Below, one piece after another: positions 58,848-64,000 of a stretch of 64,000 nt of DNA (position 1 is the stretch's first letter; each line of letters begins with the position of its first letter). The stretch comes from Scenedesmus sp. PABB004. Taxonomy: Eukaryota. The stretch covers positions 1,240,001 through 1,304,000 of the forward strand of contig CM026547.1 of NCBI GenBank assembly GCA_014905635.1, given 5' to 3'. The notes under the pieces are model-generated. The model had not been told where the DNA came from. It worked only from the letters and a program-made list of their open reading frames with translations, and made no database searches. The translations under genes and the position numbers were made by a program.

Positions 58848-59909
58848 AGGGATGCGGGCGCTGACCGACGCCGCGCCCGCGGCGCAGGTGCACGCGGCGC
58901 GCGAGCGCGACCTGCTGGGGCTCAAGGGCAAGGCCTTTTATTTTGACTACATCCACCCAGACGGCAACACCGGACACAGGCGCGCGCTGCGCCAGCAGCC
59001 CGCGTCGCGCCGGCGGCTGCGGGGTCGGCGTCGGAGGGGGGGGGGGGGCAAGCGCCGACAGGGCCCGACCCTGCGCGCCGCCGCGGCGCAGGGTGATGGC
59101 GGAGCTGCTGGTGACGCTGCTGCAGCGCGGCGTCGCGGACCTGCTGCACACGCCGCTGACGGACGGCGACCGGGCCGTCGCGGCGGCGGCGCTGCCGCCG
59201 CCGCTCGTGCACGGCAACCACGAGTCCCTGTCGGACCGCTGCTTCGTGGGGGACGCGTTCCGCACGCAGGCGGTCGACGGCGCGCCGCCGGACTGGGCGT
59301 GGGTCAACGAGGCGCGCGGGCTGCGCCCCAAGTGGGGCTACGTCGCGACGCGCCCCGGTGCGGCGCTCACGCTGCGGCTGAACAGCACCGCGAGCAGCGG
59401 GGACCCGGGGCACCCGGTGCTCGTGCAGCTCGGCTTCCTGCAGAGCTACGAGCACATGGGCGCCGCGCGCGTGGCGTGCGTGGCGGGCTGCGAGTGCGAC
59501 GACTCGCAGCTCAACGGCCACCACGCCGCGCGCACGAGCCTGCTCGCGCTGCACCGCGTCTACGTCAGCCAGGCTGACGAGTGCATAATGACCGTCACGG
59601 TGCGGCAGCGGCAACGGCCACGGCGGCGGCGGCGGCGCGGCCAGCCGCGCGCCTGGCCGGGGCTCTTGCGCGCGCCCGCGACGGGCCGCCCCCGCCGCCG
59701 CCGGGCGCGTGGCGGCGCAGGTCTCGGAGTCCACGTCCGACCCGGGCGGCGAGCACAAGGTGAAGCTCGCAGCCGCGATCGTGAGCGAGGAGGCGGGCGA
59801 GGCGCAAGGCGTCGACAACGCCGCCGCGGTGGAGCACGTGCACGACATCAGCTTCCGGCACGCCGGCTTTGGCGCGGGGACCGTGTTCGACATACGGAAC
59901 CACATCTGA
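57537..59909 (+). CDS. Secreted SGNH/GDSL hydrolase
   Basis: Signal peptide ALALLALALLALVAPARA. Block I VVGGSIS, block II NGAVPGT, block III VEYSVND, block V DYIHP. GC-AG donors at 58777 and 58980. Confidence 0.85.
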
Positions 59910-59927
59910 CCGGGGCGCGCGCGTTGA

Positions 59928-59963
59928 ACCGCCGACCGCCGACCGCCGACCGCCGACCGCCGC
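59928..59963. repeat. Short tandem repeat (CCGCCGA)n in the SGNH 3'UTR
   Basis: About 4-5 copies, read directly. Confidence 0.8.
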
Positions 59964-60285
59964 CGGCGAGCCGTGCCCGCTGCGCGCTCCGCCTGCCAGA
60001 GGCCGCCCCGCTCGGCCATGGAGGCCCGCCGGCCCGTGCAGCGCGCGCCAGCCCGGAGCACGACACGCAGCGGCGCCGTGCCCGCCCCGCTGCGCCGCGC
60101 TGCTGCGCCTGTGCGTTTCGTAGCTGCGCTCGACACGCGGGAATGCGCGCACGCGAGCACGTCCTGGGCGTCACAGCCGCCGCGGCACAGCCGCGCTGCC
60201 GCCGTTCGCGAGCCGACCGCGCCGCCGCCGAGAAGCCGCCGCGCTGCCGCGCCGCCGCCGCCCCCAGGGTGGTTGGAAGAGCTTG

Positions 60286-62328
60286 ATGATGCGCGGCCAG
60301 GCGCAGGAAGAGGGCGCCTTTGCCGACCGCGCGGACGGCGGGCGCGCGCTGGGCGCGGCGCTAGCCGCGCGGCACCCGCCGCCGCCCGGCGGCCCCGGCC
60401 TGCGCTCAGACCTCGTCGTGCTCGGCCTCGTCCGCGGCGGCCTCCCCGTCGCCGAGCCCGTCGCGGCCGCCCTGCGCGCGCCGCTCGACGCCTTCGTCTC
60501 GCGCAAGATCGGCGCGCCGCACCAGCCCGAGTGAGCGACCAGGAGCGCGGCCGGCCGCCCGCAAGCCGCAGAGCGAGCCCCGAGCCCCGTCACCCCATCA
60601 CCCCCCGCCGCACGCAGGTATGGCATCGGCGCGCTGGCCGAGGGCGGCGCGCCGGTCATCGATGCTGCCGCCGCCGCCGCGGTGGGCGCCACGCCCGCGC
60701 AGCTCGCCGCGGCCGCCGCGCGCGAGGGGGCCGAGCTGGCGCGCCGCGTCGCAGCCTACCGCGGCGGCGCAGAGCACCTGCCCGTCGCTGGTGCGCGCGC
60801 TGCCGCCATGCGCCTGCGTGCTGGGCGCCGCAGCGCTGCCTCTCCGCTCAGAGGTGTGCCGCCGCGCGCCCCCGCTGGACGCGCCGCGCCCGCGCCCGCG
60901 CGCCTGAACAGGCAAGACGGTGGTGCTCGTCGACGACGGGCTCGCGACCGGCGTGACCGCGCGCGCCGCGCTGGCGGCGCTGCGCGGCCACGGGGCGGGC
61001 CGCCTCGTGCTCGCCGCGCCCGTGGGCAGCATCCACGCAGTCGAGGCGCTCGCCGCCGAGGGCGCCGCAGATGAGGTGGTCGTGCTGCGCACGCCGCGGC
61101 ACTTCCGGGCCGTCGGCCAGTGGTTTGAGGTGCGAGCCAGCAGAGCCAGTCAGCCAGCCTGCAGCAGAGAGAGGGGTGACCGCTGGGCCGGGCGGCGGTG
61201 GTCAGCCCCGGGACCGCCCTGAGCGCCGCCGGCGCCGCCCGACCGCGTCAGGACTTTGCCCAGACCAGCGACGAGGAGGTGGTGGCCATCCTGCGGCGCT
61301 GCGCGGCCCAGGCGGCGCAGGCGCCCGCCGGCGAGGGCGGCGCGGCGGGGCAGGACGCGCGCGAGCCGCGGAGCTCCGCCGCCGCGCCCGCGCCCGCGCC
61401 CGCGCCCACGGGGCCGGCCGCGCCCGGCGCGGCCGCGCCTGCGCCGCGCGCGGGCATGGCGCCCACGGCGGGGCAGGAGGCGGTGGCCATACCCGACGGC
61501 GCGGCGCGGCTGCAAGGCTTGCTGACCGTGCCTCCGGGCGCGGCGGGGCTCGTCGTGTTTGCGCACGGCAGCGGCTCGTCGCGGCACAGCCCGCGCAACC
61601 AGCAGGTGGCGGCGGCGCTCCACGGCGCGGGTGCGCGGCGCGGCGCGGCCCGCAGCGCGCGCGCGCGCGCGCGCGCGCGGTCGCGCGACCGCGGCGCCGT
61701 GCGACGGCGCGCCGCCGCGGCCACCGCCTCGCGCAGGCTGCGCCACGCTGCTGTTTGACCTGCTGACCGAGGACGAGGCGGCCCAGCGGGGCAACGTGTT
61801 TGACATCGACCTGCTCAGCCGCCGCCTGACGCGTGCCATCGCGTGGCTCGAGGATGCGCGCCGCCTGCCGGCCACCTTCCCTGTCGGCTTGTTTGGCGCG
61901 AGCACCGGTGCGGGGCAGGCCGTCGCCTCTGCGCGCGCGCGCATGGCGCAGCTGTGCCTGCAGGCGCCCGGCGTGACCAGACCGCGCCGCGCCGCGCCAC
62001 GCCCCGCCGCGCGGCAGGCGGCGCCGCGGCGCTGCGGGCGGCTGCCGCGCTGGGCCGCCGCGTCGCGGCGGTCGTCGTGCGCGGCGGGCGGCCCGACCTC
62101 GCCGGCGACGCGCTGCCCGCGGTGGCCGCGCCGACGCTGCTGGTCGTGGGCGGCGAGGACGCGCGCGTGCTGGACCTCAACCGCGCGGCGCTGGAGCGGC
62201 TCACCAGCGCGGCCGCTCGCGAGCTGCGCGTCGTGCCCGGGGCGGGGCACCTGTTCGAGGGGCCCGGCGAGCTCCAGGCGGTCGCGGCCGCGGCGGCCGA
62301 CTGGTTCGGCGCGCACATGCCGCGCTGA
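60286..62328 (+). CDS. Phosphoribosyltransferase-like + dienelactone hydrolase-like fusion (bacterial Rv0571c-type architecture)
   Basis: [64 protein letters not shown]. Hydrolase: [55 protein letters not shown]. Five GT-AG introns. Confidence 0.92.
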
Positions 62329-62356
62329 GGGCGTGCGAGCGGTGTGGTTTTGTGCC

Positions 62357-62476
62357 AGGGAGTTGAGCGTTGACGCGGTGCGCACCGCGTGAGGTGATGT
62401 GCAGAGAGTTGAGTGCTGGCGGTGCGCACCGCGTGAGGTGGTGTGCAGAGGGTTGAATGTGGCGGTGCGCACTGCG
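62357..62476. repeat. ~43-44 bp tandem repeat (about 3 units) carrying the palindrome GCGGTGCGCACCGC
   Basis: Palindrome starts at 62375, 62419 and 62462 (third copy degenerate). Linkers GTGAGGTG(A/G)TGTGCAGAG(A/G)GTTGA are near-identical. Confidence 0.85.
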
Positions 62477-62797
62477 TTGCCGGCGGTTGCCGTGGCGGTT
62501 GTGCGTTGACGCCGCGAGCTGAAACCTTGGCGTCTGGGCCGCGGTCGCCGCTCACCAGCCGGCTCGTGCCTGCTGCAGACCACGCTCTCTCTCACCAGAC
62601 CCCGCGCCCCCTGCTCTGCAGCTCGCACCGCCGACAGCGCCGACAGCAGCACCGACCGCCCGCCGCCTCACCGCGCCTCCGCCGCACGCCAGCCGCTGCT
62701 GCGAGCGAGTCGGGCGGCTGGGTCCGGTACTGTCAGTCGCTGCAGCTCACCTCAGCGCGGGGGGCGGAGGCGGCAGCGCACCAAGCCCGGGGGCGGC

Positions 62798-63830
62798 ATG
62801 TCTGCGCCGGCGGCCCCCGCGGCCCCAGCAGTGGGCATCGGGTCCGCCCCGCCCGCGCCCAAGCACCCCATCGCCTTCATCTTCCACTTCGCCTTCAAGG
62901 TGCGCTCCCGCAGCAGCGACAGCGACGGTGCCGCGCATGCGCCGCGGCGGCGCTGCTGTTGGCGCGCCGCGGCCAAGCGCGCGGCCCCGCGCTCCCAGGT
63001 CGCCGCGATGGTGTTTTACATCCTCTGCGAGAGCTTCAACAAGAACAAGTTCGTGCTAAACTTTGTGGTGTGCATAGTGCTGCTCGCGATGGACTTTTGG
63101 ACGGTGCGCAGCGCGGGGGCGGCGCAACCTCCGAGCACGCGGCGCGGCGGCGGCCGCGGCAGCGGCAGCCTCCCACCGCCGCCGCGGCCCCGGCGCGCAG
63201 GTCAAAAACGTGACGGGGCGGCTGCTGGTCGGCCTGCGCTGGTGGAACGAGGGCAACAGCGAGACGGGCAACGCGTGGCGGTTCGAGAGCCTAGCAGAGG
63301 CGCGGCGCGGCGCGGCGGCAGGCCAGGCGGCGCGCGGCAGCGCGGCAGCGCGGCAGCGCCAGAGACGGCGGCTGCGGCGCCCGCCCCCGCTGCGGCGCGC
63401 AGGGTCAGCGCGTGATCAACCCGTACGAGGCGCGCTGGTTCTGGATCGTGCTGGTCGCCAACCCCGCGGTCTGGGCGCTCCTCTGCCTCTCCGCGCTGCT
63501 GGGCCTCGACTGGGGTGCGCGCCGCCGCGCCCGCCGCTGGCCGCCCGCCGTGCCGCTGGCCGCCCGCCGGCAGCAGCAGCGTGGCCGCCCCTCCCCCCGC
63601 GGCGCGCGCGCTGACCTGCGCCGCGCGCGCCGCCCGCCGCCGCCGCGCCGGCAGGCTACCTGCTGATTCCCATCACGGGCGTCGTGCTGGGCGGCAGCAA
63701 CCTGGCGGGCTACTTCAAGTGCAGCAAGGACGCAAAGCGCCAGCTGCAGAGCATGACCGCGAGCATGGCGACGAGCGCGATGACCAGCGCCGTCACGGGG
63801 CGCCTGCAGGCCGCGATCGCGCGCGTGTGA
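62798..63830 (+). CDS. TVP23: Golgi membrane protein TVP23/ECHIDNA (FAM18) family
   Basis: [51 protein letters not shown]. Four introns, one GC-AG (donor 63300). TGTAA at 63845. Confidence 0.93.
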
Positions 63831-64000
63831 CCACCACGCCCGGCTGTAACGGCGGCGGGCGCGAGCCGAGCCGGCGCGGCGCGGCGCAGTTACCCGCGCG
63901 CGTGGAGGGAGGGAATCAATGACGACGCGACCAAAACTGCGGCAGCAGCAGATGCACCCCGCACACACACATGCGCGCCCCCCGTGCGCGGCTCAAAAGG

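Noticed and set aside
62357..62476. Possible CRISPR array (palindromic repeat at regular spacing)
   Set aside because: The spacers are near-identical to each other, there are only about 3 units, no cas genes are present and the context is eukaryotic.
1..64000. Hundreds of long Arg/Ala/Gly/Pro-rich ORFs on both strands (e.g. 46050-49697 -, 26695-29400 +, 32358-35135 -)
   Set aside because: They are shadow frames and intron read-through caused by stop-codon scarcity at very high GC; they carry no independent motifs.
1..64000. tRNA/rRNA genes, transposases, retroelements or viral insertions
   Set aside because: None were recognisable by eye; small ncRNAs could be missed without covariance searches.

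Overview
Eukaryotic nuclear DNA, extremely GC-rich (roughly 75-80% by eye), gene-dense and intron-rich. It is most consistent with a chlorophyte green alga (inference: TGTAA poly(A) signals, CTGAC/CTCAC branch points, plastid transit peptides, B3/SPX/KOBITO-type genes). Most long ORFs in the supplied track are GC-driven shadow or intron read-through frames, so I rebuilt about 20 spliced genes by hand: SDR, a PP2C-like probable pseudophosphatase, SMC1, RAD9, an LEA-like protein plus a decayed copy, a KOBITO1-like glycosyltransferase, an SPX-RING-FCP1/SCP-PHOSPHO1-like four-domain fusion, a B3 factor, RlmH, an SxxC thioredoxin-fold protein, plastid SecY, a thioredoxin-like [2Fe-2S] ferredoxin, a PtpB/IphP-type phosphatase, a hypothetical protein, a MADS-box factor, a class-3 lipase, an mTERF-like protein, an SGNH hydrolase, a bacterial-type PRTase-dienelactone hydrolase fusion and TVP23/ECHIDNA. 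The most notable candidate system is the SPX-RING-dual HAD phosphatase protein (22685-26188), which joins a phosphate-status sensor, an E3 ligase and two phosphatases. Also notable: about 15 of roughly 100 introns are GC-AG, the PP2C has lost several conserved Asp residues, and the PRTase-hydrolase looks like an intronised horizontal transfer. All family calls come from motif recognition; no database searches were run.
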